Below, in pieces: positions 8,438-18,419 of a stretch of 64,000 bases of DNA (positions are counted from its first letter, which is position 1; every line of letters begins with the position of its first letter). The translations under genes were made by a program, and so were the position numbers. The stretch comes from Acidimicrobiaceae bacterium (GTDB lineage Bacteria; Actinomycetota; Acidimicrobiia; Acidimicrobiales; Aldehydirespiratoraceae). The stretch lies in NCBI GenBank assembly GCA_028819005.1, contig JAPPMP010000028.1, forward strand, positions 685-64,684, read 5' to 3'. A model generated the notes under the pieces. The model ran no database searches and had not been told where the DNA came from. It saw nothing but the letters and a program-made list of their open reading frames with translations.

Positions 8438-10333
8438 TCAAACGTTCATGTCTTTGGCTATCCCGGGAAGGAAGTGGCGCGCGTGTTTTCCCCATTGCAC
8501 GGCGATATGCTCAAGCTCTGCCCTGTCGCGATTCTCTGCGGTCTCGTCCTGTAGCCGCGCCCAAGCAAGCAGGAGGGTGCGTAGAGCAACGGCCGCTCGC
8601 CGAGCCAAAGGATCACCGAGGTCCTCACTCTGATCCTCTAGCACCTCAAGAAAGTCGAACAATTCGTGATTGATGTTCAACGAGACAACCAATACTCCAT
8701 TGACGTTGTCCACGCCGAACATCTGGTGTCCGTATAGCTTTCGTTGGCTGAAAGCGTACCAGTCATCGCGAGCGACGATTGATGAAGCATACTGGTCTGC
8801 AGTTTCGGGATCTAGGTCGCCTTGCTCAAAATATTCTGTAAGAGCAGCCTTCTTTGCGCCAGGGTCTGTTCTATCGCGCTCAATGTCGGTTTCAGTAGGT
8901 GTTGCTCCGTCCCGAAGTTCTTCCTGCCGGGCCTCCTTTGCGATTCTTGCTGCTTCTTGACTCGGAGACACCGGGGCATTGTCTTGGTTTTGGTTTTGCC
9001 GCTGACGTCGTTGCCGAAAAAGTTGCTCTATTTCGTTGAGCATGTTCCGCGTCGTTCGGCGGATATGCGCGACCATATCGTATACGGGATACACAGGATC
9101 ATCTTCATCGATCCCCAGATCATCGATGGCATCCGAGTCAGTGCGTTTTGGGCTATTGATGAGGGTTTTGGCAGCGTTCGAAATGCGCGTTGCCATCTGC
9201 TTGTTGTGGTCTACCCCGAAGGCTTCATCGAGACCCGGCTCGAAGAGTACTTCGCAACCCCACCAACGGTTTTCTTGATCACCGCCGCCCATTGGAAGAA
9301 AACTCCTATCAAGCAGGAGTTCCCGGTTTGCGCGAACGATTGATACACCCATATTGCGGCCCGCAGAGCGCCCATGGGGATATCTACCAGGTAGACCCCC
9401 TCGTTCTGTACCATGTTCATCCCGGTTGTTGATTATCACTTCTGGTCGAACCATAGAAAACCGAACTTCAGCGACTTCTTCACGTGTGCGGAGTTCACCG
9501 TCAGACCCACGGATCTCTACTTCCATAGCGAACTGTCGTGGTGTGTCGTACTCTTTGAACATTGGGTCTTCGTGCCACGGGGTTGGGGTTGAACTGTTGC
9601 TCATGAGGTACAGAGGATCGTTCGGGCGAACCTCATTGTCTGCCTCCAGATTATCGTCTCGAAATCGTGCCATCCTGATTGACAGCGACCGGTCATTGAT
9701 GAAGTGCCTATATGTACGTCCAACCTCATCTTCCACTTGTCGGAACAGAGTTTCTGCTGCGCTAAGAACACGATCTCCGAAGTCACTCCATACGACTAGC
9801 GTGCCTTTCTGCTTGTCGAGTCCTTGTTCGCTAATTCGGTCGACCCACTTTTTGGGGACAGGAATAACGTCGGGTATTTGTTGGGTTTTTACGTGCCCGT
9901 CTAGGATTCCACCGACGTTTAGGATCGAATGCGCTGCTCTCTCGATCGACTCTTGCCAGGTCCACACCTCCGCCAAGAGACACTGCGATGCTGACGCGGT
10001 TGGGAGTCCCATTCCGTACTTACCAATTGGGTGCGCTCGAGTTCCAGATCGTCGGCCACCGATGCGAAGTGCATCAACAAGAGTTGTGGGAGTCATTCCG
10101 CTGCCATTATCTACAACAGCTATCTCCGAGACGCGCCACCGCGAACGCTTCTTCACTAAACGTTTTTGTTCTTCGATTAACAACTCTACGCGAGTTGCCT
10201 TCGCATCAATGGAGTTGTCGATAAGTTCAGCAATGGCCTTACCCGTATTGTCGTACTGTGCGTCGCGCAGAGCACGTACCGCTGCTGTCGGATCCACGAG
10301 TGCAAGATCGAGCTCTAGTTGATCTTCTGCCAT
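8438..10333 (-). CDS. MORC/GHKL-family ATPase
   Basis: N-box IAELIDNSIDA, G1 VDNGSGM, G2 GKYGMGL, GTLV, MORC-like GVSIVRANREL and FGVDHNKQ, followed by a coiled coil. Confidence 0.85.
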   Translation of the reverse strand: MAEDQLELDLALVDPTAAVRALRDAQYDNTGKAIAELIDNSIDAKATRVELLIEEQKRLVKKRSRWRVSEIAVVDNGSGMTPTTLVDALRIGGRRSGTRAHPIGKYGMGLPTASASQCLLAEVWTWQESIERAAHSILNVGGILDGHVKTQQIPDVIPVPKKWVDRISEQGLDKQKGTLVVWSDFGDRVLSAAETLFRQVEDEVGRTYRHFINDRSLSIRMARFRDDNLEADNEVRPNDPLYLMSNSSTPTPWHEDPMFKEYDTPRQFAMEVEIRGSDGELRTREEVAEVRFSMVRPEVIINNRDEHGTERGGLPGRYPHGRSAGRNMGVSIVRANRELLLDRSFLPMGGGDQENRWWGCEVLFEPGLDEAFGVDHNKQMATRISNAAKTLINSPKRTDSDAIDDLGIDEDDPVYPVYDMVAHIRRTTRNMLNEIEQLFRQRRQRQNQNQDNAPVSPSQEAARIAKEARQEELRDGATPTETDIERDRTDPGAKKAALTEYFEQGDLDPETADQYASSIVARDDWYAFSQRKLYGHQMFGVDNVNGVLVVSLNINHELFDFLEVLEDQSEDLGDPLARRAAVALRTLLLAWARLQDETAENRDRAELEHIAVQWGKHARHFLPGIAKDMNV

Positions 10334-11565
10334 AATTCCTCCCAGTTAGTAAATGCTTCGGCCACTGAGCCAAAGCCCTTAAGTCGTGTGTCGATGACTG
10401 TGAGAACCTCGCAGTGCCTGTTTCCACCGGATCGCGGTCCACGCATAGCCCTACCTACCATCTGCGAGTAGAGAACAAGGGAAGTAGTGGGCCGCGCGAC
10501 GATGACGCACCTCGTCTTTGGAGCATCGAAGCCAGCGGTCAGCACCCCGAAGTTAAATAGCGCCATTGGTTCGGCATCGCTAGCCCGGAAGACCGAAATT
10601 GCTGTATCCCTGTCCTTGCTCGGAGTACCTGCAACGATTGCAGCAGAACGGAATCCCTTGCGCCGGACCTCGCGACTGGCTTCAAGTGCATTTGGCACAG
10701 AAGGGCAGAAAACCATGACACGGTCGTGTCGAGCAAGCGCGTCCAACGTCAATTCAACTACTTGAGAGAACCACGTTGGATCGTTTCCGATCATCCGAAG
10801 ATCATTCTTACGGTAGTCGCCTGTGCCATCGGGCTCTGCAATTCTTTCATCCAGATCCACGTTCACTTGTACAAACTCAGGTGCGGCAAGGTAGCCGTTT
10901 GTGATCAGATACGCGACGGAATTGTCATGACCGCGTGGATCAATCGTGACCTTCTGCTCTCCGAACATTTCGGCTAAGTCGTAATCGTCTCCGTCCAAAC
11001 GCCAAGTCCGACCAGGTGTCGCTGTGAGTCCAATCATCGGGGGATTGTCCACGCTAAGTTGTTCGGCCAGGAATCGGTAAGTTGGGGCGATGGCTTGGTG
11101 GGCCTCATCGAACACAACTCCTGCCGTCTTGTGACCGAGTTTTGTCAGGAACCCGTGTTCACCGGCGCTAAGCCGCGAGTTCGCGGCTGACCACAACTTT
11201 TGAAGGCCAGCCACAACAAAGCCCTCGTCTAGTATTCCGAGTTCCAAACTTGCGTCGCCCCAATAGCGATACATGGTCGCAACACGATTTCCTAGAGAAC
11301 ACCAAGCATCGGTGAGGCTCTGGGCTGCTTGCTCGCAGAGTTCCTCGGACGCGGCGAGCCACAAGAACACCTTCCCCTCAGCGCGACGGTCGTTTAGGAA
11401 CGATGCTGCAGCATGGCTAGCTATCCGAGTCTTGCCTGCACCTGTCGGGAGGTGGACCACGACTCGGCGATCTTGCAACTTGTTGCCAGACACAGCCGTC
11501 AACAGATCATGCAACACCTGACGCTGAAACGGATGGAGAGGGTAATGGGGAGAAATGGTCTGCAT
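10315..11565 (-). CDS. SF2 DEAH-box (ResIII-like) helicase/translocase
   Basis: LPTGAGKT, FDEAH, LTATPGR, LTAGFDAP, QMVGRAMRG. Confidence 0.9.
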   Translation of the reverse strand: MQTISPHYPLHPFQRQVLHDLLTAVSGNKLQDRRVVVHLPTGAGKTRIASHAAASFLNDRRAEGKVFLWLAASEELCEQAAQSLTDAWCSLGNRVATMYRYWGDASLELGILDEGFVVAGLQKLWSAANSRLSAGEHGFLTKLGHKTAGVVFDEAHQAIAPTYRFLAEQLSVDNPPMIGLTATPGRTWRLDGDDYDLAEMFGEQKVTIDPRGHDNSVAYLITNGYLAAPEFVQVNVDLDERIAEPDGTGDYRKNDLRMIGNDPTWFSQVVELTLDALARHDRVMVFCPSVPNALEASREVRRKGFRSAAIVAGTPSKDRDTAISVFRASDAEPMALFNFGVLTAGFDAPKTRCVIVARPTTSLVLYSQMVGRAMRGPRSGGNRHCEVLTVIDTRLKGFGSVAEAFTNWEELWQKIN

Positions 11566-11584
11566 GCAGTAATCAAGCAGTCAC

Positions 11585-12433
11585 TCACAGGGCGCAGACG
11601 GTACAAGGGAGGGTGTCGTCGTCTTCGTCTAGAGCGTCGGCTAGGGCTTCGACGAGAGGGACGTTGGTTCTGGATTTGTTTGAGCGGGCCAAGGAAGCTT
11701 CATGCCTTTCAAGGATTTGATCGCGGCGAGATCGTAGTTGCAACAGCGTCTCGCCGCCAGACCACGTGTACTGGCGGCCGCGCATGGCCTGGTCTCCGAA
11801 ATCGGCGTCGCCGTCGACGCCAGCGTCCTGAAGCACCTTCTGTTCGATGGCTACCGCCCGGTCGAAAAGCTCGGGATGGCGCTCCGAGAGACCGATCCAT
11901 TCTGCTTTTCGTTGGTAGAAACAGAAGTAACACCCGGACCGGGTGCGCCACTCGTAATACTCGGGCAACCCAATCCCGGCGTCTTGCAGGATGCGCATCA
12001 CGCCGTCGTGGTCTACCCCGTCTTCGATGAACGGGAACAGCGTCTTGATGTTGGGCTTGGTGGATACGTAGCCCTTGCGGTTCGACTCGTCGGCGCGGAT
12101 CGCGACGTAAGACACCGCGGGTGCGTCGCCGATCCACTCCTCGATGGGCTTGATCTTCATGTTCTTGGTGCACCAGCGCATTTGTGGTGACGGAAGAGCT
12201 CCCCGGAACACCTCGAACCAATGGTCGAATCCGCGTGAGGCGTTCAGGCGAGCTATGGGTTTCCCGAGAATCGCTTCGAGACGGGTGAGGTACTCGTAGG
12301 TCTCGGGAAGCTCCGCGCCTGTGTCGCAGAAGAAGTACTCCATCTCGGGAACCTCGCCGCGAAGATAGACGGCGAGAGCACTGGAGTCCTTCCCCCCGGA
12401 GATGCCACAGATATGACGGACCACTTCACCCAT
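11585..12433 (-). CDS. PAPS-reductase-family protein, SspD/DndC-like
   Basis: PP-loop SGGKDS, DTGAELPET, RWCT, IRADES, RSGCYFC; gene order next to an ATPase and DUF4007. Confidence 0.85.
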   Translation of the reverse strand: MGEVVRHICGISGGKDSSALAVYLRGEVPEMEYFFCDTGAELPETYEYLTRLEAILGKPIARLNASRGFDHWFEVFRGALPSPQMRWCTKNMKIKPIEEWIGDAPAVSYVAIRADESNRKGYVSTKPNIKTLFPFIEDGVDHDGVMRILQDAGIGLPEYYEWRTRSGCYFCFYQRKAEWIGLSERHPELFDRAVAIEQKVLQDAGVDGDADFGDQAMRGRQYTWSGGETLLQLRSRRDQILERHEASLARSNKSRTNVPLVEALADALDEDDDTLPCTVCAL

Positions 12434-15400
12434 AACGAAATCTCCTCAGACCCTCGTCGAACCGCGCCCTATCGTCCCCGAGTTCATCGGCGTCTGCCTG
12501 GTTGGGCAGCAGTCGTTCACCGAGCAGGGCAAGTAGCGCCTGATGGGCTATTTGCGGAGATCCGATTGTGTCGGTTAGCTCAGTGAGGGCGCTGTCGAGA
12601 ACGCGCTCGGTCTGGGACCGATGGGCATTGTCCACAGAGACCAGTCGGATGTCCTCGCTTCCATCGGAGCGTGTAACCGTCACCCGCAATGCATCGAACG
12701 GACCTCCCCCATCAATTCGGCATTGAGCATGGAGTGCGACTAGCCGCCGGAACGCGGCCACCTGTTCGGAGAGATCGCTCCGAAAACGCTTGAGGTCGTC
12801 GTCGCCCCATTCAGCGGGTGCTTTCTTGGCGACAACGGTGGCGATGGCTCTCATCCAGTCGGTGTCGTTGTCGACGGTGTCGTTGGCAAGTGCCAGCACA
12901 AATGCACGTACCGCAGGATCAAGCACCTCGTTCTCAAGGGCGGCGGCTTGTCCGCACACGGCGAGACGGGTGTTCTCCGCGCACTCCTCGAGTAGTAGTC
13001 CCACAAGGTCTGTTAGGAGCAGTTCGTAGCATCCATCGAGTTCATCAAGAACACTTCCAACCGTGTTCGCATAGGACTGAGCTGCGCTGTAACTCTTGGC
13101 GTCTGAGCGCACCGGTCTGAACCCCAAAGCCTCGGGAAGAGCAGCGAAGAGCAGTTCGTCTGGTTCGACCGCCGCCACGAGCGCGTCTCGTGCGTTTCGA
13201 GTGGCTTCGGACAGGTGAGCGGTTCGGAGTGTGTAATTGTCCAGGCGTCGGACACCCGATACAAGGTGGCCCACGATGGCGAGCACATTGGCTACACGGC
13301 GTCTGGAGCGCGCAGGCCGGATATTCAGCCGCTTGGCGAGCGCGTCTACTACAACGCGCCTAGCTCCGGTTGTATTGGCGAAGTGCTTCACATCGAAATG
13401 CCCTGGATTCCGCACCATCCGTTCCGAGATCTCGGGTGTGAGCACCGGCTTGAACGTGCCATGTTCGTAGAGGGCGATGCGGTCGGCGGAAGCGAGAAGT
13501 CCAGCGGTTACGAACACCGGTACGACAGCGGCTTTCATCCCCACCGGCGGCAACAGCAGCGCAGCGTACACATCGCGCAGATTTACACGACGGGACTTCG
13601 CTCGGTTGAATTCGGTTTGCATGACATCCCAGGCAACACCGAGTGACTCGTTAGTGGGTTCTCCGAATGCTTCGGTGGCATTGCCCTGTCTGCTGATGTG
13701 GATGTTCGTGCGCTCCATGAAGGCCCGGTACATCGCCATCTCGGGTCCGTGTCCCGTGAACCCCAAGTCCGGTTCGTCGGAATGCTCGATCATCCCCTCA
13801 AGCAGAAGACGACGTGCTTTGGATCCCTGGGTAGTGAGATCAGTGCGGTTCAACATCTCGTTGCCAACCGCCGGCGTTGAGCGGTACACCTCGTCGCACG
13901 CTTGTGACAGCGCGGAAGTACCCCGTCCAGGGTGAAGCTCCAGGCCTTCCGCAGCGTCGAGAAGGACCCATTTGCAGGTGTCGGTGCCGAAGGCGTCTGC
14001 CGCGGCTCGGTCGAACGTCACTCGTGACTGGGCGAGCCTTTCGCTCAACTCGCGCCGGGCAACCCAGTCCTCGGCGACCCCGGGATCTTCAAGAGCGAAG
14101 AGAACGGCGGCGACTTCGCAGGCAGACTCCTTTAGTTCGGTCACGTCGGTCGGAATAGCGGCAATGACAGGCTTTGCAGCAACCGCAGATGGACCCAAAC
14201 TCGGAACCGAGGTTGTGTCACCAACCATGAGTAGCGCTTCGCCGTCGAATTGGGAGAAGGCGTCAAGGGGCTCCACCTCGCCACCGTCGAAGTAGCGAAC
14301 CGAGAACATCCGGAGCATGTCGTGCTCGGAGCTATGGCGGGCAGCGACCATAGGCCGAGGTTGATGCACGGACGTCAATATTTCGACCAATGGTTGGTGT
14401 TGGACCTGTTCCAGCGCAGCGTCCACGAGGCCCCGAATATCCACGTCGGTTCCGTGCCACACGCGGTACTCGTCGGCGAACTCCCGATAGGTCACTATCC
14501 CGGTTTCTTCAAGTTCGACGAGTATCTCATCGGCGCTGCTGTCAACGAGCCGAAGCATCTGTTTCGATGCTCGGACCGTTCCAGAGGTCGAAACCAGGTT
14601 GAGAAGTGCCACCGCCTTGGCGAGCCGTTGCTGTGGGAGTGAAAGCCCATATGAATCGCGCAGTCTGGAAGCGATCTCAATCCAGCGGCTCGACTGCCCC
14701 GAACCCGAGGCGTTGAGCGCGCCGCTAGCGACAAAGTAGTCATACACGCGATCGAGACCCAGCAAAGGCAAGGGCCGGCGCTGAGCGATCGCAGCCTCGC
14801 CTAAGAACGACGCCGCGCTTTGGGGGTCCGACCCTGCGAGAAACGAGAAAAGCGTGCGCTCTTGTTGCCCGTAGCGGCTGCAGAGCTCAGGCAGCACTAA
14901 AGACGCCAAGGAGTGGAGCGGATAACAGGCTGCTACTACTTCAGGATCCGCGAGTTCCGCGATGCCGAGTGAACGCAGCTTCTTCGCCTCGGATTTGGCC
15001 CATCGGAAAATCCGAGAGCGCAATTCGTCGTCGTGAACATCGAAAACAGTCCCGATAAGCGCTCGAGTCTGGGTTGGCGACTCCACGAAGGCGATGTCCT
15101 CGAAACGGCCCTGAACCTTGGCCCACTCGCGGCGCTGAGCCCCGGCCGCGCCAGCCAAGCAGTCGTCAAATGAGAGGTGCTGAAGCGTGACCACAAAGAT
15201 CGGCAAGCCAGAGCCTTGCCCCGCTTCAGCAAGCTGCTGGAGCAGGTAGGGATCACCGTCTGCCCCGCCATCACGAATCGCTTCTAGGTTCTTGCCGAAC
15301 TCATCTATGACCAGCAGCAGAGGTGATTCCTCGGCTAGGCAGCGAGCGATCTCGACTAGTGCCGCAGGCGAGGGCCCGGTTCGACGCGGATCGTCGGCAG

Positions 15401-15911
15401 CCATGTCGCTGAGCGCGTCTCGCAGAGTCTTGGCTGCCCAGAATCTGCTTTTGGCAGGGATCTTGTTGTATCTGCGAAGGACGGCTGCTTCGAGCGCTCG
15501 AAGAACTGTATGGCTCAGCGGCTCTCGCTGCGCGGTCACCAGAGCTCGGTGAAAGCCTGATTCGTGAGTGCCGTGACGCTGATGCGCCTGCCGCGCTAGA
15601 ACTCCCACTTCCGGGGACACTTCGTCGATCAGAGCTAAAGCGGTTTCCCGAGTATCGCCCTTTGCCCCGATGGTGGCGTCGAGCAACAACGCCAGAGATG
15701 ACTTCCCCGAACCGTACGGACCGGTCAAGGACCATGCTCCGCCGGCCGGGCCCTTTGCGGCGGTCGTCACGATACGTTCGATGACATCTAGAGTCCGGGC
15801 CGTGACAACGTAACCGTCAAGGGGCTCAAGTTGAGCCGCGTCACGCTCAAGGTTCGCCGAGCGCGCATAACGACCTGCAACTGTGATCGAATCCGACAGC
15901 AATGCCATCAC
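12426..15911 (-). CDS. Large P-loop ATPase, SspC-like
   Basis: RYARSANLERD, Walker A GPYGSGKS, Walker B LVIDEFGKNLE, EWAKVQGRF, YPLH, ERTLFSFL; 1161 aa. Confidence 0.8.
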   Translation of the reverse strand: MMALLSDSITVAGRYARSANLERDAAQLEPLDGYVVTARTLDVIERIVTTAAKGPAGGAWSLTGPYGSGKSSLALLLDATIGAKGDTRETALALIDEVSPEVGVLARQAHQRHGTHESGFHRALVTAQREPLSHTVLRALEAAVLRRYNKIPAKSRFWAAKTLRDALSDMAADDPRRTGPSPAALVEIARCLAEESPLLLVIDEFGKNLEAIRDGGADGDPYLLQQLAEAGQGSGLPIFVVTLQHLSFDDCLAGAAGAQRREWAKVQGRFEDIAFVESPTQTRALIGTVFDVHDDELRSRIFRWAKSEAKKLRSLGIAELADPEVVAACYPLHSLASLVLPELCSRYGQQERTLFSFLAGSDPQSAASFLGEAAIAQRRPLPLLGLDRVYDYFVASGALNASGSGQSSRWIEIASRLRDSYGLSLPQQRLAKAVALLNLVSTSGTVRASKQMLRLVDSSADEILVELEETGIVTYREFADEYRVWHGTDVDIRGLVDAALEQVQHQPLVEILTSVHQPRPMVAARHSSEHDMLRMFSVRYFDGGEVEPLDAFSQFDGEALLMVGDTTSVPSLGPSAVAAKPVIAAIPTDVTELKESACEVAAVLFALEDPGVAEDWVARRELSERLAQSRVTFDRAAADAFGTDTCKWVLLDAAEGLELHPGRGTSALSQACDEVYRSTPAVGNEMLNRTDLTTQGSKARRLLLEGMIEHSDEPDLGFTGHGPEMAMYRAFMERTNIHISRQGNATEAFGEPTNESLGVAWDVMQTEFNRAKSRRVNLRDVYAALLLPPVGMKAAVVPVFVTAGLLASADRIALYEHGTFKPVLTPEISERMVRNPGHFDVKHFANTTGARRVVVDALAKRLNIRPARSRRRVANVLAIVGHLVSGVRRLDNYTLRTAHLSEATRNARDALVAAVEPDELLFAALPEALGFRPVRSDAKSYSAAQSYANTVGSVLDELDGCYELLLTDLVGLLLEECAENTRLAVCGQAAALENEVLDPAVRAFVLALANDTVDNDTDWMRAIATVVAKKAPAEWGDDDLKRFRSDLSEQVAAFRRLVALHAQCRIDGGGPFDALRVTVTRSDGSEDIRLVSVDNAHRSQTERVLDSALTELTDTIGSPQIAHQALLALLGERLLPNQADADELGDDRARFDEGLRRFRYG

Positions 15912-16975
15912 AACGCTCCAACCTGCAAAGCGGCGGGTTCGTGGAGTCGACGAATAACGGAGTCCTGATCCCGCCCGTACCCGAGATCTTCAATGAGATC
16001 GTCGTCCACGGGCTCATCACCGTCACAACCAGCGACAACCCCGATCTGTGGCACGCCAAAATAGCTATCGAGCAGCCTCGGGGCGACAATTGCCGGTTCT
16101 TCTGACCATGCGAGCTGCACTACGCCGGTCGGCGTCGTCAGCGCGAGTTCCTCCGCGGTTTCGACACAGGGTTCGAGCAAAGCGAGCAACTCGGCCTCCG
16201 AAAGCTTGAAGGCCTGGCCTGGAGAGCCTGCATCGTTGGTGAGGCGACTAAGGGTCGCAGTGCTGCCGCCGCTGTTTGTTCGAGCGATCCAGTCGAGCAT
16301 GGCGTAGGCAGCGATCTCCGGTGGCAGTGTCGGCTTTGTCCCGAGCGTGAAACGGCGTTGATCTGCGTCGACAGAGTTGTTGATCAGATTGAGCTCGCGC
16401 AGCGGGCAGTTCAACACATCGTCAATTGCAGTACCTCGGGACCGCTCCTGCGGGGCATAGGTGCGAAGCAGGGCGCTCACATCTTTTTTGAGTGACGAGG
16501 GATTTGGAGTCGACCATTGCGAAACGGCTCCAATTTGCGTCGAGATCGCGGTCTCAAGATCATCATCTGTGAACTCGACCGCGGCGAACTCGTTGAAGGC
16601 CAGCCACCAAACCGGTAGCCGAGACTGCGGAGCAAGAAGCAGCCAGTGCAACAGCCACAAGGTCCCCGGGTCCTCCATGTAGGGATCCCAGCCAGATTCG
16701 CCGAAGATTGCGTGACCGATCCGGGTGGGCACGCAGCCCTTGACCCGCCGGTTCGCCTTCGGGTCCTCTACGATCAGCTTCGCTGCCAAGCCCCAAAACC
16801 GGATTGCCCGGACCATATTCTTGCCGACGCCCAGTTCCACGGGAGCGTTTTCCTGAGTGAACACGTGTGGATTGCCTGCTGCGGCCTTGTACGCCTTACG
16901 AAACCATCCGTAGCGCGGGTGGAAGGTCTCGTGCCGCGCGAACGTAGGCAGAGCAGCGTCTACCAATCGCATCAA
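15908..16975 (-). CDS. DUF4007-family protein, SspB-like
   Basis: FARHETFHPRYGWFRK, LGVGKNMVRAIRFW, DPYMEDPGTLWLLHW. Confidence 0.9.
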   Translation of the reverse strand: MMRLVDAALPTFARHETFHPRYGWFRKAYKAAAGNPHVFTQENAPVELGVGKNMVRAIRFWGLAAKLIVEDPKANRRVKGCVPTRIGHAIFGESGWDPYMEDPGTLWLLHWLLLAPQSRLPVWWLAFNEFAAVEFTDDDLETAISTQIGAVSQWSTPNPSSLKKDVSALLRTYAPQERSRGTAIDDVLNCPLRELNLINNSVDADQRRFTLGTKPTLPPEIAAYAMLDWIARTNSGGSTATLSRLTNDAGSPGQAFKLSEAELLALLEPCVETAEELALTTPTGVVQLAWSEEPAIVAPRLLDSYFGVPQIGVVAGCDGDEPVDDDLIEDLGYGRDQDSVIRRLHEPAALQVGAL

Positions 16976-18156
16976 AAGGTCTCCCTGGTCATGGATCTAA
17001 CGTATTGAACGGCTGTGACAGCCGATGCGGCCGCAGCCTCGATGTCACTCCCGGTCGTGAACCTGCCGAGGCTGAAGCGGACAGTCTCGAAAGCAGCATC
17101 CCTGCTGAGGCCCATAGCGAGCAGCACTGCGGACGGATCAATTGAGCCGGAACTGCAAGCGCTGCCCGTCGAAACTGCCACGGGATCCATTTGCGTCACC
17201 ACGGCCTCTGCGTCCGTGCCCTCGAATCGGATGCTCGCAGTATTGGGAAGGCGGCGGATGGTATCGCCGTTTTCGTGAACGTCGGGGATTTTCGCCTTTA
17301 TGTCGGCAACTAGCCGATCACGGAGCTTCACGACTCGCGATGCCTCGGCCGCTCGCTCATCGGCTGCTGTATCTGCAGCCGCGCCAAGCCCGACGATCCC
17401 AGCAACATTCAACGAACCTGACCGCAGTCCCCGCTCTTGTCCCCCTCCGTGGATGATCGGTTGAATCAGGCGCAAGCTCTGGCGTGTCCCGATCAGCGCT
17501 CCGACGCCACCAGGCCCGCAGATCTTGTGACTGCTGATCGACACGAGATCCGCTCCCACGCGCTGGAGATCGAAAGGAAGCCGCCCCACCATTTGAGTCG
17601 CGTCGCAATGAAACAAAGCACCAGCGGCATGAACTCGCTCAGCTATCTCGTCTACCGGGTTCAGCACGCCGGTTTCGCTGTTCGCTGCCATCACGGACAC
17701 CAGCAGCACATCGTCGTCGATCAACTCCTCCATCTCCTCAAGATCGACAAAACCTCCACTGCTCACTGGTATCACATCAAGCTTCGCCAAACCCTGTTCG
17801 CTGAGTGATCGTGAAACCTTGTGCACCGATGCGTGCTCCACGGCGGAGACAAGGATTCGCCGGCGATCACCGTGGGCGGCTTCGACCGCGCCTCGAAGCG
17901 CAAGATTGTTGGCCTCGGTGGCTCCCGCAGTGAACACCACATCGGCCGCGCGCCCGCCGACAAGGGCAGCCACTTGTTCACGGGCCCGGTCGACCACGGC
18001 AGTCTGGTAGCGCCCGAACCTATGGCTAGATGATGCGTTGCCCACTCCTTCAAGCAGAACCGGCGTCATCGCGTCAGCGACCCGTGGGTCAAGAGGCGCC
18101 GATCCGTTGTAGTCGAGATACACCTCTTTCACGACCACTTCATCCTGTGTGTTCAT
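16972..18156 (-). CDS. Cysteine desulfurase, SspA/DndA/IscS-like
   Basis: YLDYN, FTAGATEANN, EHASV, HCDATQ, PLP lysine in SSHK, GGGQERGLRSG, catalytic STGSACSS. Confidence 0.95.
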   Translation of the reverse strand: MNTQDEVVVKEVYLDYNGSAPLDPRVADAMTPVLLEGVGNASSSHRFGRYQTAVVDRAREQVAALVGGRAADVVFTAGATEANNLALRGAVEAAHGDRRRILVSAVEHASVHKVSRSLSEQGLAKLDVIPVSSGGFVDLEEMEELIDDDVLLVSVMAANSETGVLNPVDEIAERVHAAGALFHCDATQMVGRLPFDLQRVGADLVSISSHKICGPGGVGALIGTRQSLRLIQPIIHGGGQERGLRSGSLNVAGIVGLGAAADTAADERAAEASRVVKLRDRLVADIKAKIPDVHENGDTIRRLPNTASIRFEGTDAEAVVTQMDPVAVSTGSACSSGSIDPSAVLLAMGLSRDAAFETVRFSLGRFTTGSDIEAAAASAVTAVQYVRSMTRETF

Positions 18157-18419
18157 CTATCGGGCCTCGAGGCACTGTTGTTGTATTGGTAGACCTTAGA
18201 ACGCACCGCGCGACGATACGCGGACGGTTCGATCCTCAGTTCCACCGCTTGGTCGAGGTACTCTCTAGCACAACTGATAGCAATTGTCAATATATTTCAT
18301 TATTCTCAATATGTCGCTAATGGTTGCCAAGCGATGACAGGAGCACTAGGTTTCGAGGCAATCACTCGGGGACGGTGAATGCGACCCCCTCCACCACATA
18401 CGAATCTAGGAGGATGGTC

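Noticed and set aside
7585-18156. BREX type 4, Dnd or DISARM assignment
   Set aside because: No PglZ or BrxL, no DndB/D/E-like genes, no DNA methyltransferase or DrmB-like gene. DUF4007 and the PAPS-reductase protein are separate genes as in Ssp.
16972-18156. Housekeeping iscS / sulfate-assimilation cysH interpretation of the desulfurase and PAPS-reductase genes
   Set aside because: No Fe-S assembly, tRNA thiolation or cys genes nearby; both are translationally coupled to DUF4007 and the ATPase.
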